The notes under the pieces were generated by a model. That model was given only the letters and a program-made list of their open reading frames with translations. It did not search any database and was not told where the DNA came from. A program made the translations under genes and the position numbers. Below are positions 40,654 to 50,075 of a stretch of DNA of 64,000 nt, in pieces (within the stretch, counting starts at the first letter, position 1; the number at the start of each line of letters is the position of its first letter). Origin of the DNA: an uncultured virus (IMG/VR IMGVR_UViG_3300035135_002062) (taxonomy: Duplodnaviria; Heunggongvirae; Uroviricota; Caudoviricetes); the IMG/VR virus record IMGVR_UViG_3300035135_002062; one strand, written 5' to 3'.

Positions 40654-42402
40654 ATGGATAAGAAGATACCCGAAATAGAGGCAAGAGAGATTTTAACCGA
40701 ATACGAAGGTTATAATAATCAAATCTTAGATTGGAAGAAAAGACAATCCAAAGACAGACATTATAAGATGTCAAGGGCCCAATGCGATTATATTTTAAAA
40801 TACCACAAAATTGAACCTAAGGTTGCAAGAAAAAATGTTAGTATAGCAAAATCTTTTGGTTCCAAAATACAAGAAGATCGTCTTCTTATGGAACCTGTAG
40901 AATCTCTATGGGTAGAAAAATTACTTTGTGAGAGTGATAAAGCGTTTCATATATGGGGTAATCTAACTCAAGACATGGCACCGATTGCGATGTGGATACC
41001 TAAAGCATCTATTATACAAGAGGAAAAAACTTTAGATAGGGAAATAGATTATAGTCCTTACGATCATAGACCACCTATGAGTCACCAAAAAGAGGCGATA
41101 GAAAAATTATTAGCAAACGACAGGTACATTTTAGCCGACGACATGGGGTTAGGTAAAACAACAAGTACTGTGATTGCATCTATAGAGAGTAAAGCAAAGA
41201 AAGTATTGATCGTCTGTCCTGCATCACTCAAAATTAATTGGCAGAGAGAAATAGAACTTTACTCTGATGATTATACACTAATTGTTGAAGGGAAAAAATG
41301 GGGGTCGACATTTAAGTATTACATAATCAATTATGACATTTTAAAGAATTTCCATACCACAGAAAAAACTGAAGAGAGTGACGCATATAAAATTATAATG
41401 AAAGAAGGATTCGATCTTGCAATAATTGATGAGGCACATTATATATCCAATCCACAAGCACAGAGAACTAAACTTTTAAATGATATACTCGCGAAAATAC
41501 CTAAAGTTTGGTTACTAACAGGTACACCAATGACCTCAAGACCAATCAATTACTATAATTTACTTAAAATAGTAAATTCACCACTTACATTGAATTGGAA
41601 AAGTTATGTGATGAGATACTGTAAGGGTTATCAATTTAGAGTTGGTGGTAGAAAAGTTTGGAACACAAGTGGTGCAAGTAATCTTGATGAATTAAGAGAC
41701 CAAACAAAAGCGGTGGTCTTAAGAAGAATGAAAACAGACATTCTTGATTTACCTGAGAAAATTGTATCACCGATATGGTTAGAACTTAAAAATACTTTCT
41801 ATGATGACGAATTAAGTGAATTCCTTAGGATTAGTGAGGAAAACAAAGAAAAAGAAAGTATTACCGTTACACTAAATAGGTTAATGAAATTACGTCAACT
41901 TATTGCAATAGAAAAAGTCGAACATACTTGTGAACTTATAGATAGAGTTTTAGAACAAGATAAAAAAGTTATTGTGTTTACAAATTTTACAATGTCATTA
42001 GACATGTTACATGAAAAGTACAAGAAGAAATCAGTTGTCTTAGATGGTAGAATGAGTAAAGACAGAAGACAACAGTCCGTAGATAGATTTCAAAATGATA
42101 GTAAAATAAAGATCTTTATTGGTAATATTAAAGCGGCGGGTGTCGGAATTACATTAACTTCCGCAGATACGGTTATAATGAATGATTTGTCTTTTGTTCC
42201 TGCAGACCACTCACAAGCAGAAGATAGAGCATACCGTTACGGACAAAAGAATAGTGTTCTTGTTTACTACCCTGTATTTGAAAACACCATTGAAAAAACA
42301 ATTTATAATATCCTACAAAAGAAAAAGGATATAATCGATCAGGTTATGGGTGATGGTGAATATTCAGAAAGTTTCGGTAAGGAATTAGTAAGATCTATTT
42401 GA
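40654..42402 (+). CDS. SNF2/HARP-family helicase-like ATPase
   Basis: LADDMGLGKT, VCPASL, IIDEAH, LTGTP, GVGITLT, QAEDRAYRYGQ. Confidence 0.93.
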   Translation: MDKKIPEIEAREILTEYEGYNNQILDWKKRQSKDRHYKMSRAQCDYILKYHKIEPKVARKNVSIAKSFGSKIQEDRLLMEPVESLWVEKLLCESDKAFHIWGNLTQDMAPIAMWIPKASIIQEEKTLDREIDYSPYDHRPPMSHQKEAIEKLLANDRYILADDMGLGKTTSTVIASIESKAKKVLIVCPASLKINWQREIELYSDDYTLIVEGKKWGSTFKYYIINYDILKNFHTTEKTEESDAYKIIMKEGFDLAIIDEAHYISNPQAQRTKLLNDILAKIPKVWLLTGTPMTSRPINYYNLLKIVNSPLTLNWKSYVMRYCKGYQFRVGGRKVWNTSGASNLDELRDQTKAVVLRRMKTDILDLPEKIVSPIWLELKNTFYDDELSEFLRISEENKEKESITVTLNRLMKLRQLIAIEKVEHTCELIDRVLEQDKKVIVFTNFTMSLDMLHEKYKKKSVVLDGRMSKDRRQQSVDRFQNDSKIKIFIGNIKAAGVGITLTSADTVIMNDLSFVPADHSQAEDRAYRYGQKNSVLVYYPVFENTIEKTIYNILQKKKDIIDQVMGDGEYSESFGKELVRSI

Positions 42403-43266
42403 TATCGTTAAAACTAAATTTTCAGGTATTTTAACACACGGTTCAATCTCAGAATCACAATTACATATACTTTCAGGATCGTTTTTAAAAACATATACTT
42501 TAGTTTCATCAGACGGACAAAAAACAAAATAATGTATGTTTTTATATGAATTTAGATTCATCGATACATGTACGGTATATACACCCTCATCTAAATAAAC
42601 CGAATTACAACCTTTGACTTGAACGTAATATTTGTCTCCGTCTGTACCAATGATAGTACAATCAATACCCTTAAAGTCGTCCACTAATCCTTTCTCACTA
42701 CTACCATTAACGACATCTACAGAATTAGGAAAAAGAGTTTGGTAGTTTTCCACAACAAAATTATTGTGTTTTTCTCCACTAGCCCATGTTTTTGAGTGAA
42801 TCTTCTTTAGGTCACCCCATTTAAGTTCGGAGGAATCTAATAGGACCTCCTCTTTAAATTTATATAAAAGTTTCAAGAAATCATTTACGTACTTATATGG
42901 GTCACTTTCCCAAACAATTTTGTGGCCCTGTACATACTCAAAATACATGAGAGTTCTGTCTAACATACTCCAATTCGTATTCAAAAAGTTTAGGTGACTC
43001 CAATAAGGAACCCCCGTTTTCTCATGAATCTCTAATACCCCCACACCCTTTCTATTTGTACTTGGAGAAGGATCCTCACCCCATCTTCCATCCATTTCAG
43101 AATATAATTCTTTTAGTATTTGACTACAACCGTAAATTAATCTTTTTTTCGCCCTATCATCCTGAAGGATAACTCCAAATCGATTTATTCTTTCATATGG
43201 GAATAACTCTTTTCTTTTTGATCTAATTTTATTTAAAATTTCATCTGTTACAAAATTATTCCCCAT
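42385..43266 (-). CDS. Hypothetical protein, possible PD-(D/E)xK nuclease
   Basis: SGEKH...DDFKGIDC...YVQVK pattern; inverted relative to both neighbours. Confidence 0.45.
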   Translation of the reverse strand: MGNNFVTDEILNKIRSKRKELFPYERINRFGVILQDDRAKKRLIYGCSQILKELYSEMDGRWGEDPSPSTNRKGVGVLEIHEKTGVPYWSHLNFLNTNWSMLDRTLMYFEYVQGHKIVWESDPYKYVNDFLKLLYKFKEEVLLDSSELKWGDLKKIHSKTWASGEKHNNFVVENYQTLFPNSVDVVNGSSEKGLVDDFKGIDCTIIGTDGDKYYVQVKGCNSVYLDEGVYTVHVSMNLNSYKNIHYFVFCPSDETKVYVFKNDPESICNCDSEIEPCVKIPENLVLTISNRSY

Positions 43267-43344
43267 GTCTTTATTTTTATTAAATGATTCCTTTGATTGA
43301 GTCTGTTTTTCTAAATATAAACTATTTATTGTAATAAATCAAGT

Positions 43345-44463
43345 ATGGCAAGTACAATCATTACACCAGACAATAGGGATAAACTTTTCTCACAGGTCCT
43401 ACACCTTTTAGGGATGCCTGTTAGATCCATCGAGTTAACAGAGGAACAAATGGATACATTCCTCGAATTATCTCTCGATGAGTATGAACAATATGTGAGC
43501 GATTGGTTAATCGAATCACAATGGTCTGCTCTTGCGGGGTTAGATGTTGACACACAATCACTGACGAGAGCGTTTACGACGAGGTCCGTTGATTATGAGA
43601 CTCAATACACTTACGCATATTCAAAAATTGTTGGTCTCCAAGCTGGGGGAGATTATGTACTTAAAAAAGACAAGATAGAACTTGTCGCAAATCAACAAGT
43701 TTATGAAATACCTGCTGGTAGAGAGATAAATGAACTACTTTGGTTCACAAGGGCGGAACTAACCGACTCTATTGTGGATCCATTTTTAGGTGGTTTTGGT
43801 GGTCTCGGTGGTGTAGGTTTTGGTGGGGTTGGTGGATTTGCACAAATGGGAACCTCAGGTTCTTACTTTATGTTACCCGCATATGACCTATTATCACGTA
43901 TGCAAGATAGAAACATTAAGAACCGTTTGATTGGTGGTGAACTTACTTATAGAATCACTGCAGGTCCTGAAGGTAAAAAATATGTTCACTTAGCAAATGT
44001 ACCAGGTGGTAGGTTTGACTTCGGATCTATCCAACAACACAATTTCTATGTGTGGTATTGGTATTACGATACATTCGATAGAGACGATTGTTTGGAAAAA
44101 AACAAAGACGTAGTTAAATTACCTTCTGACATCGCCACTGAAGAACTAACTTGGGAAACATTAAACAGACCCGCACAGAATTGGGTTCGTAAATACTTAA
44201 TCGCATACTCAAAAGAAGGTTTAGGTAGAATATATTCTAAATTCTCAGGGGACTTACAAGTACCCGATAGTCAAATCAAATTGGATTATACCTCTTTACT
44301 TACAGAAGGTAAGGATGAGAAATTAAAACTTCTCGAGGAATTGATGAACCGATTAGAGAGATTACGTCCTGACAAAATGTTAGAAAGAAAAGGTAACGAA
44401 GCGGAGAATCTTAATAAATCCCTAAAATATCGACCTATACAATCACCGTTTAATATGATTTAA
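43345..44463 (+). CDS. Neck protein (T4 gp13-like head-tail adaptor)
   Basis: LGMPVRSIELTEEQM, WVRKYLIAYSKEGLGRIYSKFSG, LLTEGKDE. Confidence 0.75.
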   Translation: MASTIITPDNRDKLFSQVLHLLGMPVRSIELTEEQMDTFLELSLDEYEQYVSDWLIESQWSALAGLDVDTQSLTRAFTTRSVDYETQYTYAYSKIVGLQAGGDYVLKKDKIELVANQQVYEIPAGREINELLWFTRAELTDSIVDPFLGGFGGLGGVGFGGVGGFAQMGTSGSYFMLPAYDLLSRMQDRNIKNRLIGGELTYRITAGPEGKKYVHLANVPGGRFDFGSIQQHNFYVWYWYYDTFDRDDCLEKNKDVVKLPSDIATEELTWETLNRPAQNWVRKYLIAYSKEGLGRIYSKFSGDLQVPDSQIKLDYTSLLTEGKDEKLKLLEELMNRLERLRPDKMLERKGNEAENLNKSLKYRPIQSPFNMI

Positions 44464-47318
44464 ACCCTATCGTCTGTGTGGGTTGCATAATCATGACCAT
44501 TCCTCTCAATTATATCTGAATCTTGTGATGGTGAACTATCTAATTTAAAGTTTAGTACTGATCTATTCTTATTTACCCAAAAAGGATCAACATAATCAAT
44601 ACTGTTCTCGAGATACAAGAAAAATGGGTCTCTCTTAACTTTATTCCAAAATAAAACTTCACTATCTGATAAAGTCATCACCTCTTCAAAACTATCTTGA
44701 CCACCCTCTTTCATTGGATGACCTGAAACTAATTCACATTGTTTTGGTGTGAAGTATGGTCGTTTCTCAGGATTATCAACCAAAATGTCGTTTCTAATCT
44801 CAGGATCGAATACTACCATAAGAGGTTCGATTCTTTTATTAAATGTATTAATATATCTCGCAACATTATATTCACCTTTCATATCAGGGTTCTCAGCCAT
44901 CTCTTTTTCGGTGATCATATAACTGTTGATTTTGACATCGTTAGTCTTTGCAATTTTTTGTACATCACCATGAGATTTCGCAGTACCATTGTTTACATAA
45001 AAAATAGTCTCACCCATACTTGGTAGATAATTGTTTTGTATAATCAATTCCATATGTGCTTGTCTTGCCATAAGAGAACCACTTTTAGTTCTTTTTGTGA
45101 TGTGTTTCTTATAGTCATCTACGGATTGTTTAACCCTTGATTTATTTGCAATCTTCGCAAGTGGAATATCTTTATTATAAATCTTTTCGATATATGAATA
45201 ATACAGTTCTAAAAATTCGTGTCCTTTACCATCTAACATTAGTTTAAGTCCTTCATCTAAGAAATCTACAATGTAACCATGTAAGTTTTTTGATTTGATT
45301 GTGTTACCTGTTAATTTTAGACCACCACTTGGTTTTTTAAGTACATAATTTTTTCTTGCAATATTAACTGTCGATGGTGCGACATAGTCGATGTCTAATC
45401 CCATCTCACCCCTCATGAATATATCATTAAACTCCGCAGTATCGGCTTCAGCACCTTTATATAGTTTACCTTCTTCTACCAATTCATTCTTACCTTTCCC
45501 CACATATTCTCTACTCTCTACATCATCAGGACAAGAAAAGTTAACACCATCCGTGTCCATCACAAGTGCAGTATATCCTTTCTTTTTAAAGAACATAATC
45601 ATCATACGTAAACTTTGTCTACCAACACACGTGATTGTTTCTCCCATATCCATATCGCCCCAAGGAAAAACTTGTGGTGCTGAAAGAGAACCGAAATAAG
45701 CATTAATGAATATTTTAATCGGTAATTGTTTTCTATCAAACTTTTTAGATAATTCAGGATCTGATTTAGAGTGTTGTGCCGCAAGTTTTTTATACTTAAT
45801 ACGAACATCCCTAAAATATTTTAACATCGATTTTTGTACCCCCATAACATCACAATCAGGAAATACATCATAAACAAGTTGAATCGACGGATAAAGAGAT
45901 GAGTAGTCAAATTTAACTACCTGTTCAGAATACCCACAAGTTAGAAGTCGTGAAAGTCCACCTGTAATTGCCCTTCTTTCTTGTTTTTCAGGAATTGATA
46001 ATTTATGTTTATATGACCACGCCAACATTATAAGTTTCCATAGAGTTGCAGTACCCATAGTAGAGACCCTCTCATAAGTTGTAGGTACTAATTTAGAAAG
46101 TAAGAATGTTGATTGACTAAATGAATCATCAACAACCATAGTTTCATAAAGGTCATCATCGAGATACTGTTCAACTATCTTTCTACCCGTCCATACCTCG
46201 TAACTATTAGGGAATCTTTGTAATAAATTTTCAGTACCAGGGTCACCTATCTTTTTATATTTACCTGTCTTTGGGTTCATATAATGACTTTCATTATCTA
46301 AGTATGTTTTAGATATCCAAGCACCATCAACGTATACCCTGTTTTCTTTTTCAGCACCGAGATACGTTGTTATATACTTCAAACCCCATGATTTAATATC
46401 AGAATTAATCGCCTGTGCACGTCTTACTGCATGTGCAATATCTAATATATTCATACCCCATATCAGGTGTTGCGTATACTCTTCTATTTCATTTGCAAGT
46501 TTTAAAATACCTGTTTTCTCTTTCATCCCCTGTGTGGTGAATATTTGTGTGTGATCTTCGATATTGATACCCAAGATCTCCGCTCGTCTAAGAATAAAAG
46601 GGAAATCGAAAAACGCTGAGTTATATCCCGCAAAAATTGTGGGTTTTAATTCTTTGACATATTTGAAAAACTCAATAATACAATCTTTCTCACCATCTTC
46701 ACCAAATGCGCTGATGATCTTGACAAAACCACGATTATCCTTCATTCCGATTAGAATGATTTTATCTGTTTCAGGATCAAGACCCGTTGTCTCAATATCG
46801 AATACTAATCTATGAACATCATCATACTCTTCGATACCTTTAAAAAGTCTTTTTTCTTTCTGTATTAGATATTGTTCTTTTGGGTTTAGTAGAATAAAAT
46901 GATCTTTTATTTTTTTACCATCAGGACCCAATTTATCATCCCACGGATTAATACCTCCTTGTCTAAAAAAACTTAATAGTTCTCGATATCCTTTACTACT
47001 CTTAACAAGAAAATTAAAACCATTACTTAATCTTTCATTACCACCATCATCGAGTTTTTCGATGGTAATACCATACTCCATCATTTTCTTCCTTTGCATG
47101 GCTTTACTTCCATTATAGAAGTTTAGACAAGTAATATCGTCAACCCAAAGAAAAGGGGTTAACTTATCTTGTCTAATTACTTTACCTTTTTCAGGGTGTT
47201 GAATAATTTTGTAGATGATGTTGGATCTGTATTCGTATTCTAACCCTACAATATATTCTTCAGGGTCTGATCCATTGAGGAACTCTTCGATTACCTCTTG
47301 TGAGATGATATCTTTCAT
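44460..47318 (-). CDS. Family B DNA polymerase with 3'-5' exonuclease
   Basis: FDIETTG, GYNSAFFD, DYSSLYPS, KIFINAYFG, MDTDG, KNY. Confidence 0.95.
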   Translation of the reverse strand: MKDIISQEVIEEFLNGSDPEEYIVGLEYEYRSNIIYKIIQHPEKGKVIRQDKLTPFLWVDDITCLNFYNGSKAMQRKKMMEYGITIEKLDDGGNERLSNGFNFLVKSSKGYRELLSFFRQGGINPWDDKLGPDGKKIKDHFILLNPKEQYLIQKEKRLFKGIEEYDDVHRLVFDIETTGLDPETDKIILIGMKDNRGFVKIISAFGEDGEKDCIIEFFKYVKELKPTIFAGYNSAFFDFPFILRRAEILGINIEDHTQIFTTQGMKEKTGILKLANEIEEYTQHLIWGMNILDIAHAVRRAQAINSDIKSWGLKYITTYLGAEKENRVYVDGAWISKTYLDNESHYMNPKTGKYKKIGDPGTENLLQRFPNSYEVWTGRKIVEQYLDDDLYETMVVDDSFSQSTFLLSKLVPTTYERVSTMGTATLWKLIMLAWSYKHKLSIPEKQERRAITGGLSRLLTCGYSEQVVKFDYSSLYPSIQLVYDVFPDCDVMGVQKSMLKYFRDVRIKYKKLAAQHSKSDPELSKKFDRKQLPIKIFINAYFGSLSAPQVFPWGDMDMGETITCVGRQSLRMMIMFFKKKGYTALVMDTDGVNFSCPDDVESREYVGKGKNELVEEGKLYKGAEADTAEFNDIFMRGEMGLDIDYVAPSTVNIARKNYVLKKPSGGLKLTGNTIKSKNLHGYIVDFLDEGLKLMLDGKGHEFLELYYSYIEKIYNKDIPLAKIANKSRVKQSVDDYKKHITKRTKSGSLMARQAHMELIIQNNYLPSMGETIFYVNNGTAKSHGDVQKIAKTNDVKINSYMITEKEMAENPDMKGEYNVARYINTFNKRIEPLMVVFDPEIRNDILVDNPEKRPYFTPKQCELVSGHPMKEGGQDSFEEVMTLSDSEVLFWNKVKRDPFFLYLENSIDYVDPFWVNKNRSVLNFKLDSSPSQDSDIIERNGHDYATHTDDRV

Positions 47319-47382
47319 TAATAGTATAAATTAGTTTGACATATTATCTTACACTACTGTGTAGCGTAGTTAGTCTTCACTA

Positions 47383-47413
47383 CAAATATACGAAATATTA
47401 ATTAGAATATCAA
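47383..47413 (-). promoter_or_regulatory. Promoter of the polymerase gene, Bacteroidota-type -7 box
   Basis: TTGATA-N17-TATATTTG; matches TAnnTTTG. Confidence 0.55.
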
Positions 47414-47465
47414 GAACCCAAAAAACCCGATAATAGTAAAGAGATTAATGATAAATGAAAAAATC

Positions 47466-47834
47466 TTAAATAATATTGATAAATAGTTTTTCTTTGATTG
47501 GAACTATAAGTTTGTTGGTTGGTTGTAGATCAGTATCTCTAAATTGAATATTGACAATACCCTCAAATTTACCAGACTTTTTTGTTTGTGATTCAGTAAA
47601 TCTATAAGTTATATAATACTCGTCAGTTGTTTGATCGTATTTTTTTGTTCTATATGCAAGTTTACAGGGAGAACCTAAAATCTCAGGAACATCAGTATCA
47701 ATATCTATCATATCAAAGGTAATGTCCGCATTTTCTAATAAATCATTTAAAGATGATTTATCGTTTTTACCATCATCTAATAATTGTAATTTTAAAATTG
47801 GGTCTGTTGCCCCTTTTCTTATAAAAAATTCCAT
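47466..47834 (-). CDS. BppU-like baseplate/fibre adaptor domain protein
   Basis: FFIRKGATDPIL...YRF...TKKSGKFEG...LIVP. Confidence 0.5.
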   Translation of the reverse strand: MEFFIRKGATDPILKLQLLDDGKNDKSSLNDLLENADITFDMIDIDTDVPEILGSPCKLAYRTKKYDQTTDEYYITYRFTESQTKKSGKFEGIVNIQFRDTDLQPTNKLIVPIKEKLFINII

Positions 47835-47855
47835 ATCAATAAATACTTAATTTAT

Positions 47856-50063
47856 TTAAACTATACCCACTTCAAAGAACCAACCGAAAGCCGTGCCATT
47901 TTGGTTGGTCACTGTGTATGATTGACCATTTGTTCCCGCATTAGCTTGTGATAATGTTCTTGCTGAACCGTTATATACACATCTAACAGTGGTGTCTTCA
48001 AGAGCCGTACAACCTGAACCTCCTCCACCTTGTGAGTATGATTTCATTGTAACTACATCTGCAGCAGTAAATGAGACTGAAGATGTGTCCCAATTCGCGT
48101 ATGTATTTCCTTGGGTTTTGGTGAGTGTTGCAACCACCGATCCGTTCTTCTCAACCGTAATGTAACCTTTTGCACATTGTTCAGCATATGTGGATGATGT
48201 TACGTTTTCTAATGTAAGTGTATATGTTGGAACAGGTGTTGCTGTTGGTACGGGGGAACTGTTCATCTCAACTAATAATGTTACATCAGTACTACCATCT
48301 TCTGCAAATGGGCCCGACCCTACTGTGTATTGGTAGGTACTATAAACACCATCATTTGAGTTCGTTGCCACTGACACAGTGTTATTAAATACCTCCACTG
48401 TTGGATTTTGGTATGATAATGTACATGGTGAAATCAGGTTGAAAGGTTTAAATTGTAATGAAACCACATCGCCAGGATACGTGTAAATTGGTCCTCTTAT
48501 CGTTCCTGATCCTGTACTACCTTGAGTTAGGTTTATATTTCCACCTTGTTGAACACCATTAACAGACAATATTAAGTTGGCCGTACTACACGAATTTAAA
48601 TGGTCATAATCCAAATAAAGTGTTTGTGGTACTACCGTAGCTGTAGGTGCAGGTGTATTTGTGGGGTTAGGGGTTGGTGTTGGATCAACTACCCCTGTTG
48701 GTTCGGGAGTTGGTTGAGGTGTTGCGTCAGGTGTACTTGTAGGTGTTGGACCGATAGTTGCGGTTGGTGATGGTTGAGGTGTCGGATCGGGTTGCATTGA
48801 CGAATTTAAAACTAACCCATGTTGCCAATATTCTAAACCATTAACTGTAATTGTTTTTTGACTACTCAAACCACCGACAACATGTGTTATCGGACCCGAC
48901 GTATTATCAGGGATAATACCATTTAGTGATCCGTCCCAAGCACTTATGTTTAATGCTGATGCTACGTTATCAATCCTATTACATAATGTATGTGTTGGGT
49001 AACTATCATCACCTACCTGTGTGTATCTTCCACCATATAATAAACCAACAATCACAAATTGACTCTCTATTTGAGCAAGTATCGCGGAACCTGAATCTCC
49101 ACCCGTTGACGGGTAAAAACAATAATCGCCCGTTGGAGTTGTGGAACCACTTGCAACCAATTCAAAGGTATCGTTCATGTAAACCGCCTGATCTGCACCT
49201 TGTTTAGTGTAATTAATATAAATTGAACTTGCACTTGCGAAGTTCAAAAGTTTTGTGTCTTGTTGTCCCTTTGGTCCTGTAGTTCTACTTGATACGTAAT
49301 ACTCCGTTGACGGATTCTCCAATAAAGTGTTGATCTCTGAAGTTGTTGCAAATCTCGGTGCTTGGGTCATTCCCGTTATACCAAATTGTTGCCACGATAC
49401 CGCAGGATCCACTAAACTCAAGTCATCAATCGCAACTAAGGCCGCATCAACAGTGTTTGCACCAACAAGAGGTTGGTATTTTTTTACAATACCTACTTTA
49501 TATTGGGACCCTGAATTTCCAACTTCATTCGGTTGTGTAATCTCATGTAAAAGCGTGTTTGTTATTTCACTATTTAAAGGGTCTCTTTCTGTGGCCAAAA
49601 ACGCATCGTCTATTAATACGTGGTTATTTGAAACACCAACCAAACTATTATCTTCATTATCTACAGCGAAAAATCCTAAGGTACCTACATAGTTTTGTAA
49701 TTTAGAATAATTTGTTGTGGATACACCACCCATCAGTGGTCTATGTACGTTTCTATTTTGAGGTGGGGTTGAAAGCCAATTAGTCCATTCAGGAACACAA
49801 AAATTACCAAAACCCTGTGCTCTTATTTCCCCTTGAATAACATCGGTATTAACATTTTCACCATCAACATCCACAGAAGAAGGTAAGAGTTCATCTTGTG
49901 GTATATCTTCAATCGGTTTTTTCTCTTTGACGGTAAAAATTATAGACTTCTCGTTTGTTAATTTACCATTAACGGTTTTAAATCCATAAGAAACACTCAC
50001 AATGTCATTAGACGTGTTTTCGTTAAGTTCTTGAGTTATTTGTTTTAATCTATTGTTATTCAT
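47856..50063 (-). CDS. Trypsin-like (Nal1-like) serine protease with Pro/Thr linker and C-terminal beta domains
   Basis: GTLG, SNNHV (His), VDAALV (Asp), GGDSGS (Ser), VGLLYGG. Confidence 0.8.
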   Translation of the reverse strand: MNNNRLKQITQELNENTSNDIVSVSYGFKTVNGKLTNEKSIIFTVKEKKPIEDIPQDELLPSSVDVDGENVNTDVIQGEIRAQGFGNFCVPEWTNWLSTPPQNRNVHRPLMGGVSTTNYSKLQNYVGTLGFFAVDNEDNSLVGVSNNHVLIDDAFLATERDPLNSEITNTLLHEITQPNEVGNSGSQYKVGIVKKYQPLVGANTVDAALVAIDDLSLVDPAVSWQQFGITGMTQAPRFATTSEINTLLENPSTEYYVSSRTTGPKGQQDTKLLNFASASSIYINYTKQGADQAVYMNDTFELVASGSTTPTGDYCFYPSTGGDSGSAILAQIESQFVIVGLLYGGRYTQVGDDSYPTHTLCNRIDNVASALNISAWDGSLNGIIPDNTSGPITHVVGGLSSQKTITVNGLEYWQHGLVLNSSMQPDPTPQPSPTATIGPTPTSTPDATPQPTPEPTGVVDPTPTPNPTNTPAPTATVVPQTLYLDYDHLNSCSTANLILSVNGVQQGGNINLTQGSTGSGTIRGPIYTYPGDVVSLQFKPFNLISPCTLSYQNPTVEVFNNTVSVATNSNDGVYSTYQYTVGSGPFAEDGSTDVTLLVEMNSSPVPTATPVPTYTLTLENVTSSTYAEQCAKGYITVEKNGSVVATLTKTQGNTYANWDTSSVSFTAADVVTMKSYSQGGGGSGCTALEDTTVRCVYNGSARTLSQANAGTNGQSYTVTNQNGTAFGWFFEVGIV

Positions 50064-50075
50064 ATCTCAAATCGT

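Noticed and set aside
11788..47318. Inteins or introns in nrdA, nrdB, helicase or polB
   Set aside because: Frames are continuous, lengths are ordinary and no splicing or LAGLIDADG motifs were seen
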